The position numbers and the translations under genes are program-made. The notes beneath the pieces were generated by a model. The model made no database searches. It was not told the DNA's origin and saw only the letters and a program-made list of their open reading frames with translations. This document shows positions 1 to 13,840 of a stretch of 64,000 nt of DNA, one piece after another; position 1 is the first letter of the stretch, and every line of letters starts with the position of its first letter. Origin of the DNA: Cycas panzhihuaensis (taxonomy: Eukaryota > Plantae > Cycadophyta); assembly GCA_023213395.1 (NCBI GenBank), contig CM041465.1, positions 230,771,741 to 230,835,740 of the forward strand. The letters run 5' to 3'.

Positions 1-478
1 CGTTGTCTTTAACATACGTGATTATTTTTTTAGTATCACCTTCTTTAGTTTTGGATTTAATATAATTACCCAGGTTTTAATTAATTAATTAAATTTTACA
101 TAAAAAATCCTCAACATTGGTAAAATCATCATAAGTACGGTCATATAGTTATTGTTCTAAGACAGCCACTTGATTTGTATCAACCTTATCATATTTTTCT
201 TACAGAGTTATCCAGACAGCGGCTAGGTCATCTATTTTAGAAAACTGCCAACTGATTTCTGGTGAAAGTGAGTTTAATATGGTGCCTAAGGCTGAATCTG
301 AGTTTATCAGATATACCATATAACTTTCTATAGTTTCATCTTTTGGTTTTTTAAATTTATTTATCACATATTACCATATTTTTTGTTGTTTAAGCTAATG
401 GGATATGTGATTCCTCCAGTTGGCATAGTTTGAGTTGATTAACACTAGAATTGTAATATAGGTGGTTGTCCCTGGCAT
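1..478 (-). pseudogene. gag: Copia gag N-terminal remnant (element H)
   Basis: Minus translation MPGTTTYITILVLINSNYANWRNHISH*LKQQKIW fits the Copia gag N-terminal pattern L..SNY..W.......L....LW; it has premature stops. Confidence 0.7.
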
Positions 479-659
479 TAAAGCCATATTGGGAATTATA
501 AAGTTTGATTGAAGACTAAAGGATATGAAGGTAGGTGAAAAAAAATAATCACTTATGAAGGTTACTAAACATTAGATTAATAAGGCATAATGAAAATCAT
601 AGTAGTATGTATTACTAGCTTTTCCCTTAAAAAAAAATCACATATTCCCAAATAAATAA

Positions 660-795
660 TTCCCCTTAGAAAAATAGTCACTTTTAAAGAAATAGTCCCT
701 CTTTTACTTAAAAAATAGTCCCCTTTAAAAAATATAGTCCCCCCTTAAAAAAGATAGTCCCCCTTAACCTGAAAATTAAACAGTCCCCCTTAAAA
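660..795. repeat. Short tandem repeat (~20-bp unit AAATAGTCCCC(C)TTAAAA) in leader of H
   Basis: Six to seven degenerate copies of aatagtcccc-ttaaaa read directly. Confidence 0.7.
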
Positions 796-1027
796 GTAAG
801 TGTTTACCTAAAAATAAATTTAGGTTCTGAGAAGATTATAGTTGTTGATTATCCAGCAAATTAAATTAAAGAAAATTTTATTAATTAAAACATAACTCTA
901 ATATTTTAAAGGTAATTTATTTAATGAAATTTATACAAAGTTTTTATCTAAAAAAGAGTTTAATAATATTATGTTATAATGAATGAGGAGACTTAGAATA
1001 TATTGAATTTAGCCTAAGTTAATTAGG

Positions 1028-1030
<3 letters not shown>

Positions 1031-1117
<87 letters not shown>

Positions 1118-1118
1118 A
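1031..1118. repeat. (TA)n(TG)n microsatellite
   Basis: Read directly. Confidence 0.95.
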
Positions 1119-1857
1119 TGTATATAACTTTTAAGAGAGTTTTAAAGGTTACAAATACCTTATATATGAGTTATAAACTAATAAAATGTGGGTAGAAGTT
1201 TTAACAAAAAAAGTTATAAAGAAAGAAGATAAATTATATGTTAAGAAGCTAAGGTATTAGACTAATACATAAAGATGTATTTTGCCTAAGTTAAAAAATA
1301 TATATACACTGTTATAAAAAAACTTTATAATAGGGAGGAGGTTTATTTTAATGTTAAATAATTAAAGGGGAGGGGATTTTATTTATATCTTACTTGTGAA
1401 AGATTGAATAATTAAGTGTGGAGGGGTACTTATTTTAACATTAAAGTTTAGTAAAAAAAAATAAAAAATTAATATAATAAGGGGCAGGTTTATAGATCAA
1501 TGATAAAGTGTAGGGGGGTTGATTTAATTTTAAAATGTAGTAAAAGGGTTAATTACCCTAAGGTAAATATAATAATATATATTAAAGTTTATTTAATATT
1601 GTTTAATAAAGGGTTTATTAAGCCTAAGGTTGATTAGTCTTATAACACACACACACACACGCACACATATATAAATCAAAAATAAAATAACACTAACCCA
1701 ACGAAGGTATTGAATTTATAAAAGAAAATTAAATTTAAAATTTAATTGAGGTTCAGGGAGGGGGGGGGGGGGGGGAGTAATACAACGAAGAAACCTACCT
1801 GGTTACTTGTATCATGGTGGTGCCTCTGATTTCTTCTTGTTGCAGGTCGATCAAAGA

Positions 1858-2200
1858 TTAGAATGAACAGTAGCCTGGGAGGGATTGCACATAGTGTTCT
1901 TTGAGTATCTGTAAACGCATAGACTGTTTCTTCTGCAGAGAATACTTCGGAGACCTGCTGGGACGCATATCAGAAAGTAATAAACATCAAGGATCCTTCG
2001 TTCAATGTCTGTTCAAGTTGCGGTTTTGAAATTTGGTGGATCGCCACGGAATGCATGGGCATCACTACTTGTTGTCAATTTGAAGATATTATTCCCGTAA
2101 GCAGTCACCGAGATATTAAAAGAAGCTATAACTAGTCTATAGATAATGGTGCGCACTGCTCGCAGTGTATAACTACTTTGACAAGTATCCAGTCTTTATT
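1858..2200 (+). pseudogene. Captured fragment of a SPARK-domain receptor-like kinase ectodomain (At1g11050-like)
   Basis: Translation E*TVAWEGLHIVFFEYL*THRLFLL, then frameshift, then AENTSETCWDAYQKVINIKDPSFNVCSSCGFEIWWIATECMGITTCCQFEDIIPVSSHRDIKRSYN*SIDNGAHCSQCITTLTSIQ. This matches the SPARK pattern SESCW.AYQ...F.I.S.CGF...WI..GCM.ITT...FE..IP......C(N)QSL.N...C..C.T.L.S.Q, recognised from memory. Confidence 0.85.
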
Positions 2201-2957
2201 TATTATAGCTAGGGTTTGAATGTTGTTCCTCTACAGATGACTAGGGTTCTTGGATGGCTTCTTTCAAGGCATGCCTCCTAGATGGATACCCTATCAAACA
2301 CTGCAAATGCCTATTATTTTCCTTGGTGATTCAAATGAGCCCGCCATTAGAAGAGAATTCTCCTCGGGATAGAAGCTTATACTAGGTCGAAATGGATGAT
2401 TCCTCATGGATCTATCCAGACGTAGCACTAATAATGATCAATGACCAAACAAATCTCAATAACGATTTCTTTCAGATAGGTTTTGGACTCTTCTATCGCC
2501 TTGTGCTAGCTGCAATTCGACTGGACAATAGGACTGGTATTGATGCCTATATTCTTGGGCTAGGAGCTTCTGTAGGAGTCAAGGTTTGGACAGGAGAAAG
2601 ATGCTTTATAAAATGAGAAGGCAACCCAGTTGGGATTATGGCACTTTTTGCTGCATTTATGGCTATGATGGTTATATTTCATGAAAGGGAGCTAACATGG
2701 TCTGGGCGTGTGGCATGGAAGAACCATATATGCACAATTTCAGTGCTTAGCATTAGCACAACTTTAAGACAACCTCCTTGCATTTGGTCTACTGCTGATC
2801 TTCCACATGATCATATAGACTTCTTATTGTTCCTCCTCTGATTGCTGGTGTTCTTGTAATATATACTAATAGTATTCATTATAATAGTCAGTCTGCATCT
2901 TGTGCACTTGCTCTGAATGATTTTTTAACATGCCATGGAGATGTGTTTAGGCCTCCA

Positions 2958-2970
2958 GGCTCTGATACCA
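2958..2970 (-). promoter_or_regulatory. Primer binding site (tRNA-iMet) of H
   Basis: Reverse complement TGGTATCAGAGCC abuts the LTR end. Confidence 0.9.
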
Positions 2971-3413
2971 TGTGAGAATAGGCACATGAACAATGTCATA
3001 AGATCATAGGAATAGTAAAAACACAAAAGAAAGACAATAAATAAGTACACATGGTTTGACAGGTGGAAAACCCCTTATGGGGAAGAAAAACCACCTCCTA
3101 AATCTAAATATTATTAATAAAAAATGACTTATACAATGGACCTTAAAGATACCCTCTACATACATGAAACCAGCCTTGAAACTGGCTTTTAGATAGCATC
3201 CTAGATTCTCGGAACCACCTCCTTGAATCTAGGAGAAGATATTAATAACTAGAGAGGTTTGTTGAAATGGGCAGTTGCGCATTTCAATGACCTTTCACAT
3301 AATATTTAATTAACTTCTAAACATTAAACATTAGAATCACTTAAATAATAATTTACACATGTGACTAAACAAGACATTAGAAATAATATAAAGTAACATT
3401 AATAATCCTAACA
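2971..3413 (-). repeat. 5' LTR of H (~443 bp)
   Basis: TG...CA termini with adjacent PBS; the partner LTR lies outside the window. Confidence 0.75.
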
Positions 3414-4435
3414 ATCATGTCTTTCTTTTATTACTATACTGGCCATCCCTCTTTGTGTACTTACATTTTTGGAAAAATAATTTTCTTCCTAATGGCCCAT
3501 TTTATGATAAAATAAACACTGAGTAGTTCCTCTTCCTCTTGGACTTCTTCCTTTTTTTCTTTGATTTCTTCCTTTAGAAGTTCCTCTTCCTCTTCCAAAG
3601 TTTTAACCTTATCCTTGGCCTTGTAAGTATCTTTGATTTTTCCCTTAAAACCCTTGATTAGGGTCTTGTCCTTGAAAGATTTAATAACTTTAGAAACCTT
3701 ATCCTTACCTTTGAAATTGGTTTCTTTATTGCCCTCTTCCTCTAGAGGATTGGCCTCTACCCCAAAAATTTGTCATTGAAAGTTTTACATAACTCTAGCC
3801 TTAGTGGCAAAAGTATGTTTAAGGGATTTATTACCCCATTTCTTCTCCTCAACAGTTAAGAGCATAAAACTTAATTGATTAATCCTAAGTGTGCTATGGT
3901 ATTTTGAAATTTTAATACTTATTGCCACAATTTTAAACCTTCTAATTTCTCCTACACATCTTAAAATGTTTTCAACAATTCTTTACTCACTTATCATTTC
4001 TCCTAAAGATCTCATTTAATTGACTAAATCTTGAACCTTGATGATGAACTCATTGACTCTTTCTATGGTTGTCATCCTTAAAGTTTTAAACTTGCTCCTT
4101 AGACTTTGCAACTTTGAAGATGTTACTCCTTTATACATTGTTTTGATGATGTCCTGAGCCTCCTTAGATGTTATAGACTCATTGACTCTAGGGAAGATAT
4201 GGTCTTCTAATATACAAAATATGAGTTTAAGTGCTTTGTTATCTCTCTTGGCATTCTCCTTATAGTTTTTCTTTTTATCTTCCATAGTTGTTTAGTCGAT
4301 CTCTTCATAACCTACATTAATAAGATCCCACATATCCTTTGCAATAAAAATAGGCTTTATTCATCTACTCCTATTAAAAAAGTTATTTCTATCAAACTTG
4401 AGTATGATTATATTTCCAATATTTGTTGTTATTAT
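3414..4435 (-). pseudogene. gag: Copia gag remnant with degenerate zinc knuckle (element I)
   Basis: ORF 4016-4285 reads KENAKRDNKALKLIFCILEDHIFPRV...SSKLQSLRSKFKTLRM (UBN2-type gag). TQCLFYHKMGH*EENYF near 3480-3525 is a decayed CX2CX4HX4C. Confidence 0.85.
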
Positions 4436-6950
4436 AAAGAAGATTACTTTAAATAATAGACTTTCAAAAAATATAGAGTACTTGAAAGTAAATATAATCA
4501 AATGGCATAAAAAGCAATGAAAGGGCACTCAAAAACCATAAAAAATATCCCACTTCACCTCTAGGACTAGTGCAAATGTCCCAATTGGGACTCCAACCAC
4601 CTCAAGGAGTAATAATTTTTATTAATAAGAGGTTATAATATGATTTTTCACTAGTTTATATAACATTCATCACATAGGAATCCCTTCACAAGTGCCACTT
4701 TAGAGAATAAAAATAGTACATAAAATGATTTCAAAACGATTTTTTGACTTTATAACTTGATAGACAACAAAAAATAGAGTCTAATCATTTTAGACAAGAC
4801 TTAATTCTGATGTCAAATCATAAAGTTATGCATTAAAATTTTTTGAAAAAGTTAACATTTTAACAAAAAGGCTAAAAAATACATAGCCTCATCTTCACTC
4901 ATTAGAAAGTCTATTAAACTAAAACTCAAGGTGGTCATATGACCACTCATTTTGTCTGGGTGAGAATGGACTTCGATTTGATACTGACAAAACCAATTTC
5001 TAGCTTCACTAGTGAAAATTATGGTGCTCGAAATAGAGGTAGGTCCTATTGTTTAATAACTGTCCTGAAAATTTCACTTGGCCTTCTTTGTAAAATTGAA
5101 ATTGGTCACATTAAATGCTACATATGACCTACTGGCTGCAAAATTAGGCGGGGCGGGGGGCGGCATACTAAGATATAAAATTTAAATATTTCAATGTAGT
5201 AGTTAAATATTGTGCAGACTATAAATAAGTAGATGTATGCTAAAAAAAATAATGTAATATCTAATATTAGATCTACAGGTAAGTGAATGAGGGATATATT
5301 TATAAAAAAAGTATGTGTAGACAAATCTATAACTGTTGCATAAATGGAGGCACAAATATAGAAAGTCTACATATCAATAAGGCACTGATATTAAAAATAT
5401 AAAAGGTAACTATTAAAGGAAGGTTTAATGTATATCACAATTATGAAATAATGTGATGTAATAATTATAAGAGGTTGGAACCATAGACATAGTCGTATAT
5501 TGAAAGAATGGCATAAATATTAAAAAAATATTAAAGCCATATAAATATTATATGATAAACATTGTAAAATATATTGGTGTGAAGCTTGCATAGTGTAGTC
5601 ACTAGGAGGAAGATTTTAAGAATCACACATCTCTCTAAGGATGATGCAAAGAGTCAGCAGAAGTAGTAAACCATATAGGGAGGATGTAGGGTGATCTAAG
5701 ATGCAAAGGACTAAGGCAAACTCACTAAGGGTAGCCATATAGTCTTAGAATGGTGATGCACTTAGTTTTAAATCATTAAATGGCTTTAGTATGGCTTCTT
5801 CAACATAATTTTATTAGGAAAAGGTCTGTATGAATGCTAGACATAGAGGAGGATGGAAATAAGGCTACAAAAGGGCTATAGAACCAATCTGGCAATGGAG
5901 CAATTAGTTAGAACTAAGTTTCTATCAATATTTTCTTGTTTAAAGGCAATAATAATGGCAAATAGAGGTTGTATGATACCAAAGACAACTCAAGAGGATG
6001 CAAATGAAGGTACTATGAAGTGCTATCAGAATAATGACCAAAGAACCTCAAACCTTTGAATATGCAACATGATTTTCTTCTTATTTTGGCAATAAATCTT
6101 CTTTTCTTCATGATGCATGTGTGTGGGAGCCTGGAAACTTGGATGAGGGGAATGTAAATGATTTTTTCTCTTCTATTGATGGCTAAAAATTGCTCGATCA
6201 ACATTTTGGTTCTCTAAATCTTTAGTGTATGCATGTAGGAGGCATGGTGCCTCACATAATGGCTTCTTTAAGCAAATCTTGCTGCATGTAAAGCAGTGTA
6301 CTCATATGTACAAAATATACTTTCAATTGTATGTGGTAAGAGCTCTATGGATTAATTACAATATTATTATGAAATCAAGTGAAAACTATAATGAATATGA
6401 GATCCACTGAATACTTCAATAATATAGTAAATCAACAAAAGGTATATATATACTAAATATCTTGAATTATTATCAAGTCCTCATAAATACTTCATGTTCT
6501 TGAGTGGGGCTCCTCAAAAGCTTTTCCAATCATTGGCTCTCCATTCAAATGCTCTTGCAATAAGGTAACACTCTAACAATTCTTTAATAATGCTCTAGAA
6601 ATCGAATGTAACTCACTCTGATACCAAATAAAGGAACATAGGGGGTTCAAAGGGAGTAGATAATGCATGAATAGGCTAAACTAGAATCTGATATAGTGGC
6701 AGTGTTGAAGAACACTAGGGTCCTCAAACCACATGAATTTATAGGTGGGAATTGAGTAGGAAGCAATCAATGTCTATTGTAAACTTGGTGTTGAGAAACA
6801 CCAATATATTTATTACAAACATCTAATAAGCCAGTTAGGTGTGATTAGTGGTGCAAGCACAATCTCCGCCAAACCCTAGGTCATTATGAGTTAATATGAG
6901 CTCTAATGGGCATTAATCCAACAAAGGTTAGGGACCACAAATCCCTAACA
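3414..6950 (-). mobile_element. Copia element I (5' LTR ~6629-6950, PBS 6616-6626, ~2.2-kb leader, gag), interrupted by H
   Basis: PBS TGGTATCAGAG; LTR start TGTTAGGGAT at 6950; gag remnant closely similar to the gag of D. Confidence 0.75.
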
Positions 6951-9900
6951 ATTGATATAGATACTTGTGTATGTAGAAGTGGATGAAATTCTGAGTATTA
7001 TAGAGGGCATATGTGCCCAAGGTTTTTAACTATTTAATCCTAATTATTATATCAAATCCTTTAATATAAATTGTATATAAATCCATATGTACTAAAACCT
7101 TGCCAAGTTGAATTTATTAATGCCTTATCTCTTCGTTGCATCTATTTTTTTCTTGGTACCAAGATATTTAAGAATTTATTTTTGTTTATATGAAGCCCTA
7201 ATCATCTAACAATATCTATATTAATAAAATTATATGTGCTTCCAAGATCTATTAATACTATAATCTTATGTTTATGAATATACCTATATACCTTAATTAT
7301 ATTAGGCTATTGTATAACTTACATTACTACTATTAAGACATTGGGATGCTTAATTTCTAGGGTCTAAGTGATCAAAATCTTAGTATTGCTAATTATCTAG
7401 AAAGTTTCTCTATTTTTTACTCCTAATCTTGTTCTAATTCAACTACATATGGCTATTTCCTTTTAGGAAAAATATAAGTATGTCTTTTATCCCATTTTTA
7501 GCTGCACTTAATGTAAAATCCTTACATTGTTCTTCCCTCCTATTAGGTGGATTAGGAGTTAAAGGGCATTCTATTTATAAGGATGTCCTCCTATGTAGGG
7601 TTGTGTATATTAAACTTCACTAAGGTGGAATCCATTTGGCATAGTTCATTGCTTTAGTTTGTCAGGCTAGATTAATGGAACTTTCTAGGGTTTGGCACTT
7701 GAATCACTATATATCCATATTATGTACCTTCTTAAATTACTTATGTAGAAGGGTAGGGCATCCTTAGATTTATTTCCTACATTAACATAAAAACTTTTAA
7801 ATATTTTAGTGTATTATACCATTGATCTTATTCCTTAGCAGTAGTGGATTAATTGGATATGATAAGAGTTTCCCATCTTTCCTCTATGTGGTCCCTAAAA
7901 GCTTCTTTAAATTATTCAAATAATATTATTTTTTGATGATCTCTTCTTTAGTCAATAGTACACACACACACATGCACATATATAGTGTCTGTTAAATAGT
8001 TCATAACGAAGGATACCTATATGTTGGGGTTACTAATGTCATATGTTATGAATATGCTCATTATTTTATCTAATAATTTATCTTTATATACATCTTTATT
8101 TTTGGAGTATGTTAGAAAATCTAATGGATTGAAATTCTATGGCTATGGCTCTACTTTATTTTATGGCCCTTTTTGCTCTTCACCTTATAGTTAATGCCCT
8201 TTATTTCTTGATGTTTGGTTATTAAGTTATTCTAAGATTGCATTTATTCATTCTAACATTTTAGCTTATCCACTTCTAATCTCTACCCAAAATTATACAA
8301 GCTACCCAAAGGGATAAATTCTAATATGTGGAATTTTATGATCTCTATAAATGCATGAAAAACTTCTTATTAGTGCACTGAGAGTCATACAAATCACCTA
8401 TGTGATCTTTAACATGACATGAAATAATGGAATCAGAAGTTAATATGAATTACCCTAATGGATAATATATCTTACATCCTCTCTCTACCCTTTGTTCAAT
8501 AGGCTTATGTTTGCATGGAATATTACACTAATAATAAGTGTGTGTGCCTTACTCTAATACCACTTATAGTAGTTCTGAAGACCCAAAGAACTTATGTAAC
8601 TACAACAAAATAAACAAGGGAAAATGTTATAAGAAAATTATGTCATTACCCAATGGGGTAATCTTCCCAAAGGAGAGATAATGTATTTGAAGTGGATTCA
8701 ATTCATAAATACATATTTTCAAGTCCTTTAAAACATTGATCTTATTTATTAATGATTTAATTTGACATGTGATGGTTATGAGTTTGTAACAAATCCTCAT
8801 TCACAAAAAAAAAAGGGTGAAAGGGTGGAGTATTTGGGTAATAAAGCCTTCTAAAATGCAACATTGACCTCAAATCTATCAAGCACCTATCATCTATATA
8901 ATTAAATAATCCTACCTCTCAAATCAATACATTAGCCTAAACACGACATAGTGATTTAGTATCCAAATTGCTCTTGAAGCATGGAAGAAATTTGACCACC
9001 ATACATCATAAAAAGAATATAAGAAACTCATGGAAGTGAGAGTGATTCGCTAAAAAACATTGTAAAGGTCACCACAACCATCAGATAGAAGTTCTCATGC
9101 TAAACCCATGCAAAAATTGCCTCATAGCAAAACAAAGTCATCATAAGAGATGCAATGCATTTTAGGTTCATGATTATTTTCCAAAACTATAAAGACAAAC
9201 CAAAATTATTAAAATTAGAATATTACTCTAGGATATTTTAATTTTAGTAATTCACTTTATAATAAACTATCCTTGCTTTGTACGCTCACTAAAGGAGACA
9301 CCCTTTGAGTGTGAAATTATGTTAGACATATGTGTGAGCTCAAGAAGTCCAAAATAGATCCAAATTTCACTATTATTCATTATTATTTAATCAATTTATA
9401 TGAGAAATAGATCATATGAGTCTAACAGAGAAGAATGACCATAATGATATAGAAAAGCACATGAATTTTTTTTCAAATTTGCATTGAAGTTTTTGACTTC
9501 TTAAAGGTCAAAGGTTTTTTATTCTCATTTTTATAACCTTAATTCTCAAAATTATTCAAATTAGAAATTTCCAATAAGTATTCCATGTTAAAATAATTTA
9601 TTTGAGAATTTTGACTTTATTAAAGAGAGTCATGTTATAAAACTTTCCACATTCTAGTTTTTATCTACTTATTATTTAATATACATGCTATTCATGGGTC
9701 ATTTTTTATATAAATGCATCATTTTCTTTTGAAGTTGTAATTAACTAGAAATGGTAAATGTCTTCGAATTCTATATAAATTTACAAGTTAAGGCCACATT
9801 TGATACACAAGGAGTTACCCAAAGAACATGTATTTCAATGTTACTATAATAGTAAATCACCTTGTAAAGGAGATCAAGACCTAAAATAGTAAAAATCAAC

Positions 9901-10159
9901 ATGTAAGTAACAAGTACAACATACACAAGAGTAAGATATCATAAAGGAAGATTCTATAGGTAAGTAACCTATAGAGACATTAATTAAGGTGCATAAACCA
10001 AGTGAGGTAGAATTCGCATTAGGAAAATATGAAGAAGAATCAACTACAAAAATAGAGCAACACGTTAACTACATGAGGTAAGTAATATAAATTCAAATAT
10101 TATTATATGTTCTATTTATTTTGGTAGCTTCATTGTTAATTTTTAATTTCCATATTACA
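6951..10159 (-). mobile_element. Degenerate Ty3/Gypsy element J (putative LTR ~8565-10159, PBS 8551-8562, gag-protease remnant)
   Basis: Minus translation VLIDLGSTYNFINIDIV (~7210-7260) is the Gypsy protease DSGSTHNF motif. DLYTIYIKGFDIIIRIK*LKTLGTY (~7005-7090) corresponds to D..LG..WL..LG. PBS TGGTATTAGAGT. The right LTR boundary is tentative. Confidence 0.65.
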
Positions 10160-11421
10160 TAGCTCTAAATAATACCACACTCTCTACTTAATAAGGGCCC
10201 ATAATTGATTCAAGCCCTAAGCCCCTTAATTCTAATATTCTCATATGTGAAATCTTGATCCCTCTTGAGAACATCCACTTATTACCATCGTTCCATTATG
10301 ATTCACCCCTTAGGAAATCACCAAATAAAATAGGACATCCTTCTAATTGTTATGATGTTGCCCTTCCTCTTGCTAAACCCTTATTGTCTTTAACTTATAT
10401 TTAAGTTAGTGTACATCCCTTTTAGAAGGCCTTATATTTTCTCTCTCCACCTCCCAAATTATCATATAAACAACATTCTTATTCTCTACCACCCCTCTAA
10501 CTCATCACTATGCACTTTCCTAATATCTCTCCTATATTCCCTTAAACTTGCTTATAGACCCCATCTTGTTTACCTTTTATCATAAATATTATTATTCCTA
10601 ATTCTTACACATCTCCTTCATTTATCATTATCATTGATAAATACCTTATTTTACATATCTTATTCTCCTAGTAATCCTTGGTATATTCCATTCTTTAGTT
10701 TTTTTCCTAATATAATTTATTATCACCATTCATCCCTCTTACTTCTCACATCTTTCCCTTCATTGTGTCCTATCATACAATTTATTCCTCATTCTCTATT
10801 TCTTCCATATTGCTTCTATGCATGTGTCATTTCTCAATGTTGTCTACACCCTATACCATTCCTAACCCCTATTCACATTTACACTTCAATGTATATCCCC
10901 TATATCTCTCTTTCTTATATTTATAGAATGTTTATTACCTCGTTAATCATGCCCATCACTTATATATTTCTCTTCTATCTACATAAATTATTTAGTTCTC
11001 TTCCCATCTCTCATCTAATATTCTCTTGGGGTTAATGATCATCACCCAACTCCCACCTTTCAACCAGGAGTGTACACCTTACTCTCATCAATTTACATAT
11101 GTAGGTGCTCACATGTAAAGGTAAGTATAAGATAAGGTTAAGTTAATTTGATTTAATTTGAGTTAAGTTCATTTGAGTTAAGTTAAGTTATATTTTATTA
11201 TTGTTTAAATTTTAGGGGTTGAGGAGTTTCCCTCCTCCCCCAAACTATATATTTAGAGCAGTGTGCAACCCTGGTGTCTTTAGACACTACCTACTTTTAG
11301 ACATTTATAATTCTTTCTCTTAAACAATGGATTAAATACAAAGGATTTTTTGTTTATGCAACAATGTATTGATTATGTGTTTATGTTCTACCCTATTCTC
11401 CATTGATTATTTTCCTACATT

Positions 11422-11464
11422 TGGTATCAAAGCTTGGTTGAGTTCCTACATCTGGTATTAGAGC
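11422..11464 (+). promoter_or_regulatory. Tandemly duplicated LTR end + PBS of A
   Basis: TTCCTACA-TT-TGGTATCAAAGC is followed 31 bp later by TTCCTACA-TC-TGGTATTAGAGC. Confidence 0.85.
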
Positions 11465-13840
11465 AAAGGTTGCCAAAGATTACTAGACTGTTGAAGTTTT
11501 CTTTAAAGAAGCAAGAAGATCCACTAGAATTTGAGGTAGATCTACTCATAGTAAAGAAATATTGGTTATATTCATTTTTTACAAAGTTTTAGCAGTTTCT
11601 TATATTTTTTATTAGAGATCTAATTATTCTTGAGTTATACTTATGAAATAACAAATATTTTTCAGATACTTTTTCATATTTGTGCAGTTGCATAGCTGCA
11701 AATAATAAATATTAAGTTTTTATCACTCTATAGAGATTTTATCAACAAGTTTTATATATTTTATCATATATTTGACCATTTTCTGGCATATTTTATCTAC
11801 TTATTCAATACCTTTTTTAGATCTATGTAGGAGCACAGATGTAAGTAATATTTATTCAAGTTTTCTCTAGATATATTCTATGTATTCTCCAAATCTATAT
11901 ATTTTATCAAATATTTGACTATTTTCTAGTTATTTTATTTATATATTCAATATTTACTTCAGATTTGTAATATTTTTTTTCAGATCTGTAATATTTTCTT
12001 CAGATCTATAATATTTTTCTCTAGATCTATAATATCTTCTTAGATCTATGTAATATTTTCTTTACATCTGTATATTTTATTAAATATTTGACCATTTTTT
12101 ATATATTTGGTCCATTTACTCAATATCTTCTTTCATATTTATGTAAGATTTAGTGCATATTCAGCCTAACAAGCTTTCTAGAGAAGTTATACTATAGCAG
12201 ACCTGTCTGCTGAAAGAATCTAAAGTCTATTTTGTGCAAACCTGCCATAGTTGCATTACCAAGTTCTTCTTCCTTTTATATTCAAATTTAAACATATATA
12301 TTTCTTATTTCTTTGATATATTTTCTTCAATATATTTAAAAAATTTTCTGGTTTCATTTGTGGCTATGTTGTATGATTATGCTCTTTTATGATATATTTC
12401 TTGAATCAATTTATACAATCTATATCTATTCTTGATATACCTTATCTATTATATTTAAAACTTTTTGGAATTTGGTTCTATTTGTGGATTGACTCCATTG
12501 CAATTTTTGCTTCACTTTATTTTTCAACTTCAATATCGAGTTGATTTAAAACAACATCCAGTGTTAAATTTGATACCTTTTGCGTGTTTACATTAACAAA
12601 TCTAAAGAACGAGCATACATCTAAAAGCTATAGACTCCAAAAGCTAATGGGAAAATGCATTTGATTGGGATGTGTGATTAACCACTAAATTGATTGAACT
12701 ATTTCTCTCCAATTCAATTTTTATAAAACTTTCCTTTTATTTTTTTTAATTTTTTCATTTCACATAGGGTACATGGTAAATTTTTACCATCACTTTTGAC
12801 AGGGTCATTGGTTTCTAACGAAACCTATCCCATTACATCCAAAATTTTCTGAGGTGTGATTTTGACTAGTCATATACCCTATTTGGAGCTGATTTGACCC
12901 ACTTTCAATCAATTTAAAGTCAATCATTCATTTTTTTACAAAAACCCTTCTTTAATAGATTATATCTTATCACCGAGAGATTGTTTTCTACCTGGATCTA
13001 TTTTGTAGTCATCTATCATCAGCAAATTTTATTATTATCTATTCATTTTATTTTTTAGGATTTACTTTTATCGTTATTTTAATCACTGAGAGTGACACTT
13101 TAGCATTTTTTAAATATTTTACCATAAAAGTACTTGTTGCTAATTTTATTATAACTTTTCTATTTTACATCATAATTTAGATCTGTTAGTTTCGTTGGAA
13201 AGTTGACTCACTCCTCTTTGAACTAACTCTATTATTTATAAGTTTTAAAGTGTTTTTGCTAATTTTCAAATCCATCAAAGTTGAGGTACTTAATGGCCTC
13301 TAATTTATCATTATTGCATATTTACATATATTATTTCTCAAAATTTTCTTACTGAAAAGCATATGAAGTATCTCTCTAAACCATATTTGACTACTTTACA
13401 TTGTTCTACAATTTTTTTACTAAAATTTTTATAATATTTTGAGCCCCAAGCTCCCATTAAACCTTAAAAAGAGGACTACCTCTTTTATTAATTAAAATAT
13501 TAACTTGCAGGAACTTATTTTCAAAACGGTCAGTTTCATTGAATAGTTTTTTCATTGATTCTCAAATTTGTATAATTTCATATTATTCTGACATTGTTTA
13601 GAATAACTTTGAAGATACTAAACTTGAGTATTAAGTATATCCTAACAAGCTTTCACTTACTTCTTGTAATTATAATAGTTGTATTTACTTGATATAATTT
13701 CCAAAGGCATCTTTCATTTTTTTAAAGGGTATTACATTTCTTTCAAAGAGTATATTTGACATCATATAAGTTTATTTATTTATTGAGTTATTTGACTTGG
13801 TAAAAGTATATTCCTTTTATGTACTAAAATTTTCTATAAA

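Larger units (their letters stand above)
1..3413 (-). mobile_element. Ty1/Copia LTR retrotransposon H (5' LTR, PBS, long leader, start of gag; continues off the left edge)
   Basis: Minus-strand LTR 3413->2971 (TGTTAGG...TCTCACA) is followed directly by PBS TGGTATCAGAGCC (tRNA-iMet). A gag-like frame starts at 478. The element interrupts the gag of element I at 3414. Confidence 0.85.

Noticed and set aside
5945-6000. VVFGIIQPLFAIII, ABCB-transporter-like, minus strand
   Set aside because: Too short, and flanks do not continue the match.
10160-11023. Pyrimidine-rich tract with a 133-aa ORF (tract continues at 14888-15236 and 22624-22990)
   Set aside because: Probably an old TE remnant split by A and B, but no motif was found; the ORF reflects low-G composition.
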